From contig DASYQD010000124.1 in the NCBI GenBank assembly GCA_036005845.1, positions 25,024-89,023 of the forward strand: a DNA stretch of 64,000 bases, written 5' to 3'. The notes under the pieces were generated by a model. The model made no database searches. It saw nothing but the letters and a program-made list of their open reading frames with translations, and was not told the origin of the DNA. Origin of the DNA: Thermoanaerobaculia bacterium. Its GTDB lineage: Bacteria; Acidobacteriota; Thermoanaerobaculia; Multivoradales; JAIOJS01. Both the position numbers and the translations under genes were made by a program. Positions 30,279 to 39,303 of the stretch are shown here, piece by piece (position 1 is the first letter of the stretch; every line of letters begins with the position of its first letter).

Positions 30279-33200
30279 CTACGGCGCCAGCGGGTTCTGG
30301 CACGTACCGTCGGCCACGGCCGTGTAGGTCGTCGCGTGGGTCGAACGCGCCGTCTGGCCCGCCGGCGTCGGGTTCTGGCCGACGATGAAGTTCTGGATGT
30401 TGGTGTCGTCGGCGGCGTTGCCCGTCAGGCGCTCGAGGTTGTACGTCGAGGTGTCGCGCTGGCGGACCAGGTAGTCCTGGTTGCCGCCCTCGCCGTCGGC
30501 GCTGTTTCCGTTGATGTCGACGCAAAGGTTGCTGTCGTTGCGCGCCTCGATCCGGATGGCGTGCGTCTCCGCCTGGTTGGGGCCGGCGCCGAAGGGGAAG
30601 TCGTCGTCGTCGCTGATCGGGCCGACGGTGTTGCTCCTCACCGTCACGTCGGCGTCGATGTTGCCGGCGACCGCGCTGGGGTCGCGGGTCTGGATGAAGA
30701 TGCCGTTGAGGGCGGTGTTGCGGATGATGTTGCTGCTGACGTTGGCCTTCACCGTCGGCGAGTCCTGCAGGTCGCCGGCGATGCCGAAGAAATTCTCGTT
30801 GCCCGAGCGCGGCGCGCCGACCAGGCCGATGGTGTTGCCCGTTATGTTGATGTCGAAGGTGCCGGTGCCGGCCGGGACGAACGACAGCGCGCTCGCCGAG
30901 CCGCCGTCGTTGGGAGCGATGCCGGTGTAGGCGAGCTGCACGTTGGTGATGTCGTGCCGCTGGATGGAGTTGCCGGTCGAGCTGATGCTGATGCCGAAGT
31001 TGGTGCCCACGCCGTTGCCCCAGGTGGCGCCGGAGGGATCCACGGGCGGCGCGCTGCTCACCATGTCGACGGCGTCGATGTCGCTGAACACCGTGGTGCC
31101 GGCGCCGCCGGTGATGAGGATGCCCGCCGCGGCGTTGTTCTTGACCTGGCCGCCGTTGACCACCAGCTTGACGTTGGCGCTGCCGGTGGCGGTGAGGTTG
31201 ATGCCGGCGTTGCCTTGGCCGACGACACCTTCGCCGGCGTGGTTGAGGTTGGTACCGGTGACGGTGAGCACGCTCTGCCCCGAGCTGCTGTTGGGGTCCC
31301 AGTCGAGGTTGGTGTTGCGCGACTCCTGCACCGTCGAGTTGGTGATGGTGTTGGCGCTGCCGATGAGGTCCTCGATGTGGATGCCGGAGTCCTGGATCGC
31401 GCCGCCCTCGGCCTGGGCGCCGTTGCTGTCCATCCACAGGTTGGTGAGGCTCAGCCCGCTGACGGCATCGATGGAGATGCCGCTGTCGGCGGCGTCGACG
31501 ATCGCCATGTTGCTCAGCGAAGGGTTGGTGGTGGTGAGGAGGAGCACGCCGTCGGCGGTGGTGTTCTGGATGGCACCGCCGGTGCAGGTGCCGACGCTCG
31601 AGCAGCTGCCGCCGTTGGCCTTGACCTTGAGGCCGCCCGAGCCGCCGGTGTTGTTGAGCAGGATGCCGTTGACGGCGCCGTTGGCCGCGACGCTGCGCAG
31701 CTCGATGTTGTTGGCGCTGATGGTGGTGTTGGTGACGGTGAGCGCCGTCCCGGTGGTGGTGGTCAGGGTGTTCACCAGCGCACCGGTCGCACCGGCGTTG
31801 CACGGGTTCTCGTCGCAGACCTCGACGGTGCCGCCGCCGGTGGCCGCGAAGGCGGCATTGGCGCCGGTCGAAGCCGTCAAGCCGCCGCGGAAGCTGATGG
31901 TGGCGCCGGTGTTGGTGGTGAGTGAGATCCCTTGTCCGGTGTCGCTGACCTGACCGGTGAACGCCACCGACGAGCCGCTGTCGGCATTGTTGATGGACAC
32001 CGAGCGGCCGGCGCTGCTGGTGATGGTGCCGCCGTAGGTCGCGGTGAGCACCGTCGTGCCGGCGGCCGAGTTGTCGACCGAGAACGCCGTGCCGCCGCCG
32101 CTCGACTTGGTGATCGAGCTTCCCGACGGCGCCGAGAAGGTGCCGCTCACCGTGGTGAGCGACACGCCGTTGGTGGAGGTGGTGCTCGTCAGCGAGTTGA
32201 GCTGCAGCGTGATGTCGGCGGCGCTGATCGCCGCAGCCGGGCCGGCGGTGGCCACCAGAGTGCCGGCGTTGGCGAGGACGTCGAAATCGAAGCCGCCGGT
32301 GCCGCCGGTCACGCTCAGCGCCGCCCCGCTGTCGGTGAAGATGTCGAGGTCGGTAGCGAAGTTCAACGCACCGGTCACGTTGCTCAGCACGAGGCCGTTG
32401 CCGGCGATGTGATCGCCGGAGGCGCCGATCTGCGTGTTGCCGCCAGGGACCGGCTGGATGGCGCCGCCGGGGGTGACGTCGAAGACCACGGGGTTGGCGC
32501 TGCCGGCCACCGTGATGCCGCCCACCGAGGTGCCCGTCACCACGTTGTCGTTGAAGGCGGTGATAGTGAGCGTCCCCGCCGTGTTCTGAACGTCGGCGGC
32601 GGCGCCGCTGCTGGTGAGCGTGTTGCTGGCCAGCGCCAGCGTCGCGGTGATGCTGGTGCTGCCCTGATTGACGTCGATCCCCTCGGAGGTGGCACCGCGG
32701 ATGGTGTCGTTGCTGATGGTGACGCCGATCGTGTTGGCGCCCGTGGCGGTGACGTCGATGGCGTTGGAGGTGGCGCCGGTGGCCTCGAGGTCGAGGCCGC
32801 GGATCTCGACGTTCTGCCGGTTGCCGGCGGTGGCCGGCACGTTGACGGTATTGGTGCTCGCCACCGTGCTGCGGATCCGCGCCTGGGTCGAGGCGGCCAC
32901 CAGCGAGGTGCCGAAGCCGGGGACGTCGAGGGCGATGCCCTGCCCCCACAGCTTCTGGCCGTTGCGCAGGGTGATGCTGCCGCTGTGCGGCGTGGTGGCC
33001 GTGTTGCCGGCGAAGACGTAGATGATGTCGCCATCGTTGGTCGTGGCGGCGTTGAAGGCCGCGACGCTGTCGAAGGCGTTGGTGGAGCGCCCGTCGCCGC
33101 CGGCGGCGTTGTTGGCATCGATAACGTCGCGGATGTACCAGACCCGCTGGCCGACGGCGACGTTGGCGGTCTGGTTGTTCGTCCCCGCGCCGTCGCTGAG

Positions 33201-36200
33201 CTGGAAGGTGAAGGTGTCGGCGCCGGTGAAACCGACCGCGGGCACGAAGAAGAAGTCGCCGGCGGCCGCGTTGCTGATGGTGAAGGTGCCGCCGTTGGCC
33301 GAGGAGCCCGAGCCGGTGACGACCGTCGTGGCGGCCGGACCGTCGGGGTCGGTCGGGCTGCACTTGGCCAGCAGGCTGGTGGAGTCGGTCCAGGCGGCGA
33401 CGCCCGGGGTCGTCGCGTTGACGTGGAGCTGGGTGTTGCCCGGCGTCGTGTAGTTGACGGTGTTGGCGCAGACCGGCAGGTCGTTGACCGGCGTCACGGT
33501 CACCTGCTTGTCGCCGTTGTTGCTGTTCAGCGCGCCGTCGTTGACGACGAAGCGGACGACGCGGGTGGTGGCGTTGGGGTCCTGGTCGAGGTTGTTGTAG
33601 GTCACCGAGCGCAGGCAGGTCTGGTAGGTGGCCTTGGGCTGGCTGCCGCTGATGCTGAGAGCGGTGGTACCGCCGCCGGTCACCGTGAGGCCGGCGCAGG
33701 AGGTGGCGGCGAGGCTCTCGAAGCTCACGTCGAGGACGTTGGTGATGGTCACCGTCGCCGACGTGAGGTTGGCGTTGTCGACGTCGGTCACGGTGAGGGC
33801 GTTGTCGACGACCACCGCGCCGCCGTCCTCGGTGAAGCTGGTGGCGCCGCCGGAGGTGGTCACCACCGGAGCGTCGTTGACCGGCGTCACCGTCACCGTC
33901 TTGTCGCCGTTGTTGCTGTTGCTGGTGCCGTCGTTGACGACGAAGCGGACGACGCGGTTGGGCGCGCCGGCCGGGTCCTGGTCGGTGTTGTTGTAGGTCA
34001 CCGACTGCAGGCAGGTCTGATAGGTGGCGAGCGGCTGGCTGCCGGTGATGGTCAACGTTGCCGTGCCGCTGCCGCCGACGGTGAACGCGCCGCAGGCGGT
34101 GGCCGCCAGGCTCTCGAAGCCGGCGTCCTGAACGTTGGTGATGGTCACCGTCGCCGAGGCGAGGTTGGCGTTGTCCACGTCGCTGACGGTGACGCCGGAG
34201 TCGACGACGACGGCGCCGGCGTCCTCGGTGAAGCTGGTGTTGCCGCCGGTGGTGGTGACGACCGGCGCGTCATTGACCGCGGTCACCGACACGTTCTTGG
34301 TCGCCGGCGCGCTGGAGAGGGCGCCGTCGTTGGCGACGAAGGAGATCACTCGCGTCGTCGTGCTGGGGTTGTTCGAGGTGTTGTTGTAGCGCGCCGACTG
34401 CAGGCAGGCCTGGTAGGTGGCCAGCGGCTGGCTGCCGCTGATGTTGAGCGTCGACGTGCCGCTGCCGCTCACCGTCAGCGCGCCGCAGGCGGTGGCGGTG
34501 AGCTGCTCGGAGGCGCCATCGAGCACGTTGGTGATGGTCACCGTGGCCGAGGCGAGGTTGGCGGAGTCGACGTCGGTGACGGTGACGCCGGAGTCGATCA
34601 CCACGGCGCCGGCGTCCTCGGTGAAGGCGGTGGTGCCGCCGGTGGTGGTGACCACCGGCGCGTCGTTGACCGCCGTCACGGTGACGTTCTTGGTGGCGGG
34701 CGCGCTGGAGAGAGCGCCGTCGTTGGCCACGAACGAGATGACCCGCGTCGTGGTGTTGGGGGTCTGCGAGGTGTTGTTGTAGGTCACCGACTGCAGGCAG
34801 CTCTGGTAGGCGGCCGGCGTCTGGCTGCCGGTGATGGTCAGGGTGGGAGTGCCGCTGCCGCCGACGGTGAACGCGCCGCAGGCGGTGGCCGCCAGCGCCT
34901 CGGAGCCGACGTTCAGCACGTTGGTGATGGTCACCGTGGCCGAGGCGAGGTTGCCGCTGTCGGGGTCGACGACGGTGACGCCCGAGTCGACGACCACCGC
35001 GCCGCCGTCCTCGGTGAAGGCGGTGTTGCCGGCAGTGGTGACGACGATCGGCGCGTCGTTGGACGGCGTGACGCTGACGTTCTTGGTGGCCGGCGCGCTA
35101 CTGGCGGCTCCGTCGCTGGCGACGAACGAGATCACCCGCGTCGTGGTGTTGGGGGTGTCCGAGGTGTCGTTGTAGGTCACCGACCGCAGGCAGGTCTGGT
35201 AGGTCGCAGGCGGCTGGCTGCCGCTGATGGCGAGGATCGAGGTGCCGGCACCGCCGACCGTCAGGCCCGCGCAGGAGGTGGCGTTGAGCTGCTCGAAGGC
35301 GCCGTCCTGCAGGTTGGTGATGGTCACCGTCGCCGAGGCGAGGTTGGCGGAGTCGACGTCGGTGACGGTGACGCCGTTGTCGACGACGACCGCGCCGGCG
35401 TCCTCGATGAAGGCGGTGGTGCCGCCGGTGGTGGTGACCACCGGCGCGCTGTTTACCGCCGTCACCGTCACCGTCTTGTTGGCCGTGTTGCTGGGCAGCG
35501 CGCCGTCGTTGGCGACAAAGGAGATGACGCGCGCCGTCGTGCCCGGGTCGAGGTCGGTGTTGTTGTACGTCACCGACTGCAGGCAGGCCTGGTAGGTGGC
35601 CGGCGGCTGGCTGCCGGTGATGGTGAGCGTCGGGGTGCCGCTGCCGCCGACCGTGAGCGCGCCGCAGGCGGTGGCGGCGAGCGCCTCGAAGCCGACGTCC
35701 TGCACGTTGGTGATGGTCACGGTGGCCGAAGCGAGGTTGGGGCTGTCGACGTCGGTCACGGTGACGCCGGAGTCGACGACCACCGCGCCGCCGCCCTCGG
35801 TGAAGGAGGTGCTGCCGCCGGTGGTGGTGACGACCGGGGCGTCGTTGACCGCCGCCACCGACACGCTCTTGTTGGCGGGAGCGCTGCTCGCGGCGCCGTC
35901 GTTGGCGAGGAAGGAGATCACCCGCGTCGTGGTGTTGGGATCCTGGTCGGTGTCGTTGTAGGTCACCGAGCGCAGGCAGGTCTGGTACGTCGCCAGCGTC
36001 TGGCTGCCGCTGATGGTGAGGGTGGCCGTGCCGCTGCCGCCCACCGTCAAGCCGCCGCAGGCGGTGGCGGCGAGCGCCTCGGAGCCGACGTCCTGCACGT
36101 TGGTGATGCTGACCGTCGCCGAGGCGAGGTTGGCGGAATCGACGTCGGTGACGGTGAGGCCGCTGTCGATCGTCACCGGCCCGCCGTCCTCGGTGAAGGC

Positions 36201-39020
36201 GGTAGTCCCGCCGGTGGTGGTGACCACCGGAGCGTCGTTGACCGGAGCCACCGTCACCGTCTTATTGGCGGTATTGCTGTTGTTGGTGCCGTCGTTGGCG
36301 ACGAACGAGATCACGCGCGCCGTGTTGTTGGGGTCCTGGTCGGTGTTGTTGTAGGTCACCGAGCGCAAGCAGGTCTGGTAGGTGGCCAGCGGCTGGCTGC
36401 CGCTGATGCTGAGGGTTGCGGTGCCGCTGCCACCGACGGTCAAGCCGGCGCAGGAGGTGGCGGCGAGCGCCTCGAACCCGACGTCCTGCACGTTGGTGAT
36501 GGTCACCGTCGCCGAGGCGAGATTGGCGGAGTCGGCGTCGGTCACCGTCAGGCCGCTGTCGATGGTCACCGCGCCGCCGTCCTCGGTGAAGGCGGTCGAG
36601 CCGCCGGTCGTCGTCACCACCGGCGCGTTGTTGACCGCGGCCACGCTCACCGTCTTGTTGGCGGGCGCGCTGTTGGCCGTGCCGTCGTTGGCGACGAACG
36701 AGATCACGCGGTTGGTGGTGTCGGGGTCCTGGTCGGTGTTGTCGTAGGTCACCGAGCGCAGGCAGGTCTGATAGGTGGTGAGCGGCTGGCTGCCGCTGAT
36801 GGTGAGCGTGGCCGTGCCGCTGCCGCCGACCGTCAGGGCGCCGCACGCCGTGGCGGCGAGCTGCTCGGAGCCGGCGTCGAGCACGTTGGTGATGGTCACC
36901 GTCGCCGAGGCGAGGTTGGCGTTGTCGACGTCGGTCACCGTCACGCCGGCGTCAACGACGATCGCGCCGCCGCCCTCGGTGAAGGCGGTGGTGCCGCCGG
37001 TGGTGGTCACCACCGGGGCGTCGTTGACCGGCGTCACCGTCACCGTCTTGTTGGCCGGCGCGCTGCTGTTGGTGCCGTCGTTGGCGACGAACGAGATGAC
37101 GCGCGCGGTGGCGTCGGGATCCTGGTCGGTGTTGTTGTAGGTCACCGACTGCAGGCAGGTCTGGTAGACGGCGAGCGGCTGCGTGCCGCTGATGGTGAGG
37201 GTGGGCGTGCCGCTGCCGCCCACCGCGAGCGCGCCGCAGGCGGTGGCGGCGAGCTGCTCAGAGCCGGCGTCGAGCACGTTGGTGATGCTCACCGTCGCCG
37301 AGACGAGGTTGGTGTCGTCGGGATCGGTCACCGTCACGCCGGCGTCGACGACGACGGCGCCGCCGTCCTCGGTGAAGGAGGTGGAGCCGGCCGTGGTGGT
37401 CACCACCGGGGCGTCCGGGCTGGCCGCCACGGTCACCGTCTTGTTCGCCGGCGCGGAGCTCGCGACGCCGTCGTTGACGAGGAAGGAGACCACGCGCGCC
37501 GTGGTGCTCGGGTTGTTCGAGGTGTCGTCGAAGGTCACCGACTGCAGGCAGGTCTGGTAAGTGGCGAGCGGCTGGCTGCCGGTGATCGACAGCGTGTTGA
37601 GGCCCGGCGTCACCGTCAGCCCGGCGCAAGCGGTTCCCGCGAGCACCTCGGAGGCGCCGTCCTGCGGGTTGGTGATCGTCACCGTCGCCGAGGCGAGGTT
37701 CGGCGAGTCGACGTCGGTCACCGTCACGCCGTTGTCGATCACCACCGGCCCGCCGTCCTCGGTGAAGGCGGTGCTGCCGGCGGTCGTGGTCACCACCGGC
37801 GCGTCGTTGTTCGGCGTCACGTTGACCGTCTTGTTGCCCGGTGCGCTGTTGACAATGCCGTCGTTGGCGACGAAGGCGACCGTGCGCGGCGTGGTGCCCG
37901 GCGTGTTCGAGGTGTCGTTGTAGGTGACCGAGCGGAAGCAGGTCTGGTAGGTGGCGGGCGGCTGGCTGCCGGTGATGCTCAGGCTGTTGAGGCCGGGCGT
38001 CACGGTGAGGCCGGCGCAGGCGGAGGCGGCGAGGGTCTCGAGCGCGCCGTCCTGTGGATTCGTGATCGTCACCGTGGCGGAGGCGAGGTTCGCGCTGTCG
38101 GCGTCGGTGACGGTGATGCCGGAGTCGACGACGACCGCCGGGCCGTCCTCGGTGAACGTCGTCGCGCCGGGCGTCGGCGTCACCACCGGCGGCGTGTTGA
38201 AGACCAGCGAGGCGTCGATGCGGAAGTAGACGCGGGCGCTGGGGACGTCGCTGCGCGCGTACAGCGACGCGATGTCGTCGCCGTCGTTCTGCGCCGTGGG
38301 GTCGAAGGCGACGCGGAAGCCGACGTTCCACTCCTGGAGCGTGTTGCCGTCGAGGTCGAAGACGACGGCGTAGGCGACGCCGCCCGCGGCGAGCACCAGC
38401 AGCACGAGGAGCAGCGCGCGCAGCGGCCGCCGGCGCAGCTTGAACGCCGCCATCCCGGCGAGCAGCAGGATGAGGGCGAGCAGGCCCCACTGCGACAACG
38501 TCGGAATGTCGGGAGTGCCGCCGAGGATGAAGAGGATCGGCGGCCCGGTGGGCGTGCCGTCGGTGGTGAAGAGCGTGTCGGTGCCGCCGTTGGCGTTCTG
38601 GGCGAAGACGCCGAGGCGGAGGCAGTTGGCCTGCGAGGCGCCGTGGCAGGGGAAAAGCGGCGGCGGCGATATCGCAACCATCGGCCAGAAGGTCTCGATG
38701 ACGTTGAGGCCGAGGTCGCCGTTGCCGATGCCGACCGGATGCGGGGTGGTGTCGGAGAAGATCGACGCGTTGGCGCAGTCGCGGCCCTGGATCTGCGTCA
38801 CCGTCGCCGCGTTGGGCGAGGTGGTGGTGTTCACCGTGGTGACGACCTTCTGGTCGTAGCCCAGGAAGCCCGACGGGCCGTCGTTGCAACCCGTCGCCGG
38901 GTTGTTGTCGAAGTCGATGAAGATCGTCAGGTCGGACTGCACCGCCGCCGCCGGAGCGGCGAGGCCGATCGTGATCAGCGTTGCGGCGAGCAGGGCGGGA
39001 ACGAAGTGGATGCGTCGCAT
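30279..39020 (-). CDS. Giant (2913 aa) secreted surface protein. It carries an N-terminal signal peptide, a ~170-aa domain ending in an IPTL-CTERM-like segment, about 12 tandem ~130-aa repeats, and a C-terminal parallel beta-helix region.
   Basis: The single ORF has a signal peptide (MRRIHFVPALLAATLITIGLAAPAAA), the IPTLSQWGLLALILLLAGMAAFKLRRRP motif at aa 172-199, and repeats of the type NDAPVVTTTGGTTAFTEDGGAVVVDSGVTVTDVDSANLASATVTITNV.DAGSE.LAATACG.LTVGGSGT.TL.ISGSQPLATYQTCL.SVTYNNTDQDP...RVISFVANDG...SAPANKTVTVTPV. The C-terminal ~900 aa are rich in short G/N/T/S beta-helix rungs. Confidence 0.8.
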   Translation of the reverse strand: MRRIHFVPALLAATLITIGLAAPAAAVQSDLTIFIDFDNNPATGCNDGPSGFLGYDQKVVTTVNTTTSPNAATVTQIQGRDCANASIFSDTTPHPVGIGNGDLGLNVIETFWPMVAISPPPLFPCHGASQANCLRLGVFAQNANGGTDTLFTTDGTPTGPPILFILGGTPDIPTLSQWGLLALILLLAGMAAFKLRRRPLRALLLVLLVLAAGGVAYAVVFDLDGNTLQEWNVGFRVAFDPTAQNDGDDIASLYARSDVPSARVYFRIDASLVFNTPPVVTPTPGATTFTEDGPAVVVDSGITVTDADSANLASATVTITNPQDGALETLAASACAGLTVTPGLNSLSITGSQPPATYQTCFRSVTYNDTSNTPGTTPRTVAFVANDGIVNSAPGNKTVNVTPNNDAPVVTTTAGSTAFTEDGGPVVIDNGVTVTDVDSPNLASATVTITNPQDGASEVLAGTACAGLTVTPGLNTLSITGSQPLATYQTCLQSVTFDDTSNNPSTTARVVSFLVNDGVASSAPANKTVTVAASPDAPVVTTTAGSTSFTEDGGAVVVDAGVTVTDPDDTNLVSATVSITNVLDAGSEQLAATACGALAVGGSGTPTLTISGTQPLAVYQTCLQSVTYNNTDQDPDATARVISFVANDGTNSSAPANKTVTVTPVNDAPVVTTTGGTTAFTEGGGAIVVDAGVTVTDVDNANLASATVTITNVLDAGSEQLAATACGALTVGGSGTATLTISGSQPLTTYQTCLRSVTYDNTDQDPDTTNRVISFVANDGTANSAPANKTVSVAAVNNAPVVTTTGGSTAFTEDGGAVTIDSGLTVTDADSANLASATVTITNVQDVGFEALAATSCAGLTVGGSGTATLSISGSQPLATYQTCLRSVTYNNTDQDPNNTARVISFVANDGTNNSNTANKTVTVAPVNDAPVVTTTGGTTAFTEDGGPVTIDSGLTVTDVDSANLASATVSITNVQDVGSEALAATACGGLTVGGSGTATLTISGSQTLATYQTCLRSVTYNDTDQDPNTTTRVISFLANDGAASSAPANKSVSVAAVNDAPVVTTTGGSTSFTEGGGAVVVDSGVTVTDVDSPNLASATVTITNVQDVGFEALAATACGALTVGGSGTPTLTITGSQPPATYQACLQSVTYNNTDLDPGTTARVISFVANDGALPSNTANKTVTVTAVNSAPVVTTTGGTTAFIEDAGAVVVDNGVTVTDVDSANLASATVTITNLQDGAFEQLNATSCAGLTVGGAGTSILAISGSQPPATYQTCLRSVTYNDTSDTPNTTTRVISFVASDGAASSAPATKNVSVTPSNDAPIVVTTAGNTAFTEDGGAVVVDSGVTVVDPDSGNLASATVTITNVLNVGSEALAATACGAFTVGGSGTPTLTITGSQTPAAYQSCLQSVTYNNTSQTPNTTTRVISFVANDGALSSAPATKNVTVTAVNDAPVVTTTGGTTAFTEDAGAVVIDSGVTVTDVDSANLASATVTITNVLDGASEQLTATACGALTVSGSGTSTLNISGSQPLATYQACLQSARYNNTSNNPSTTTRVISFVANDGALSSAPATKNVSVTAVNDAPVVTTTGGNTSFTEDAGAVVVDSGVTVSDVDNANLASATVTITNVQDAGFESLAATACGAFTVGGSGTATLTITGSQPLATYQTCLQSVTYNNTDQDPAGAPNRVVRFVVNDGTSNSNNGDKTVTVTPVNDAPVVTTSGGATSFTEDGGAVVVDNALTVTDVDNANLTSATVTITNVLDVSFESLAATSCAGLTVTGGGTTALSISGSQPKATYQTCLRSVTYNNLDQDPNATTRVVRFVVNDGALNSNNGDKQVTVTPVNDLPVCANTVNYTTPGNTQLHVNATTPGVAAWTDSTSLLAKCSPTDPDGPAATTVVTGSGSSANGGTFTISNAAAGDFFFVPAVGFTGADTFTFQLSDGAGTNNQTANVAVGQRVWYIRDVIDANNAAGGDGRSTNAFDSVAAFNAATTNDGDIIYVFAGNTATTPHSGSITLRNGQKLWGQGIALDVPGFGTSLVAASTQARIRSTVASTNTVNVPATAGNRQNVEIRGLDLEATGATSNAIDVTATGANTIGVTISNDTIRGATSEGIDVNQGSTSITATLALASNTLTSSGAAADVQNTAGTLTITAFNDNVVTGTSVGGITVAGSANPVVFDVTPGGAIQPVPGGNTQIGASGDHIAGNGLVLSNVTGALNFATDLDIFTDSGAALSVTGGTGGFDFDVLANAGTLVATAGPAAAISAADITLQLNSLTSTTSTNGVSLTTVSGTFSAPSGSSITKSSGGGTAFSVDNSAAGTTVLTATYGGTITSSAGRSVSINNADSGSSVAFTGQVSDTGQGISLTTNTGATISFRGGLTASTGANAAFAATGGGTVEVCDENPCNAGATGALVNTLTTTTGTALTVTNTTISANNIELRSVAANGAVNGILLNNTGGSGGLKVKANGGSCSSVGTCTGGAIQNTTADGVLLLTTTNPSLSNMAIVDAADSGISIDAVSGLSLTNLWMDSNGAQAEGGAIQDSGIHIEDLIGSANTITNSTVQESRNTNLDWDPNSSSGQSVLTVTGTNLNHAGEGVVGQGNAGINLTATGSANVKLVVNGGQVKNNAAAGILITGGAGTTVFSDIDAVDMVSSAPPVDPSGATWGNGVGTNFGISISSTGNSIQRHDITNVQLAYTGIAPNDGGSASALSFVPAGTGTFDINITGNTIGLVGAPRSGNENFFGIAGDLQDSPTVKANVSSNIIRNTALNGIFIQTRDPSAVAGNIDADVTVRSNTVGPISDDDDFPFGAGPNQAETHAIRIEARNDSNLCVDINGNSADGEGGNQDYLVRQRDTSTYNLERLTGNAADDTNIQNFIVGQNPTPAGQTARSTHATTYTAVADGTCQNPLAP
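33500..38210 (-). repeat. About 12 tandem coding repeats of ~390 bp (~130 aa) within the giant gene
   Basis: Periodic recurrence of the NDAPVV...FTEDGG...VTDVDS...TYQTCL...VANDG block. The ~280-420 bp periodicity is also visible in the spurious plus-strand ORFs at 33628, 34135, 34417, 34831 ... 37951. Boundaries are approximate. Confidence 0.7.
38424..38507 (-). other. Internal IPTL-CTERM-like sorting motif (IPTL + TM helix + RRR), followed by a second signal-peptide-like segment
   Basis: aa 172-199 of the giant ORF read IPTLSQWGLLALILLLAGMAAFKLRRRP. This is followed by LRALLLVLLVLAAGGVAYA|VVFD, with a possible ATG at ~38453. Confidence 0.5.
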
Positions 39021-39303
39021 CGATCACCCTCCAGGTCTGCGGCCGAGACCTGTATCTATCCGAGGTTGGTGGCGCCCATCTCGCCGCCCGGAGGGAGCGC
39101 TACTCGGACCTCGACCGCCCGACGTGGCTGCCCGAAGGGATGCGAGCTCTGTTGTGATCCGGGGACATACCCTAGCAGATCGGGGCGCGCATGGGTAACC
39201 ACCCCCTTGGTGGCGCCCCGCAGGCGGCCGTCCGACGGGATTTCAAGCGGGTCCAGTCAGGGAGTTGCCATCCGCGGCCGCGATCTCGACTACCATCTAG
39301 CCC

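Noticed and set aside
29200-33363. 1387-aa minus-strand ORF continuous with tail-collar paralog 2
   Set aside because: The frame stays open by chance through the 3' part of the giant gene. Only the last 169 codons (from ATG 29709) match the tail-collar family, and the giant gene occupies the other frame.
33500-38210. Possible CRISPR array or other non-coding repeat, suggested by regular ~390-bp periodicity
   Set aside because: The units are far too long and are in-frame coding repeats of a secreted protein. No short direct repeats with unique spacers and no cas genes are present.
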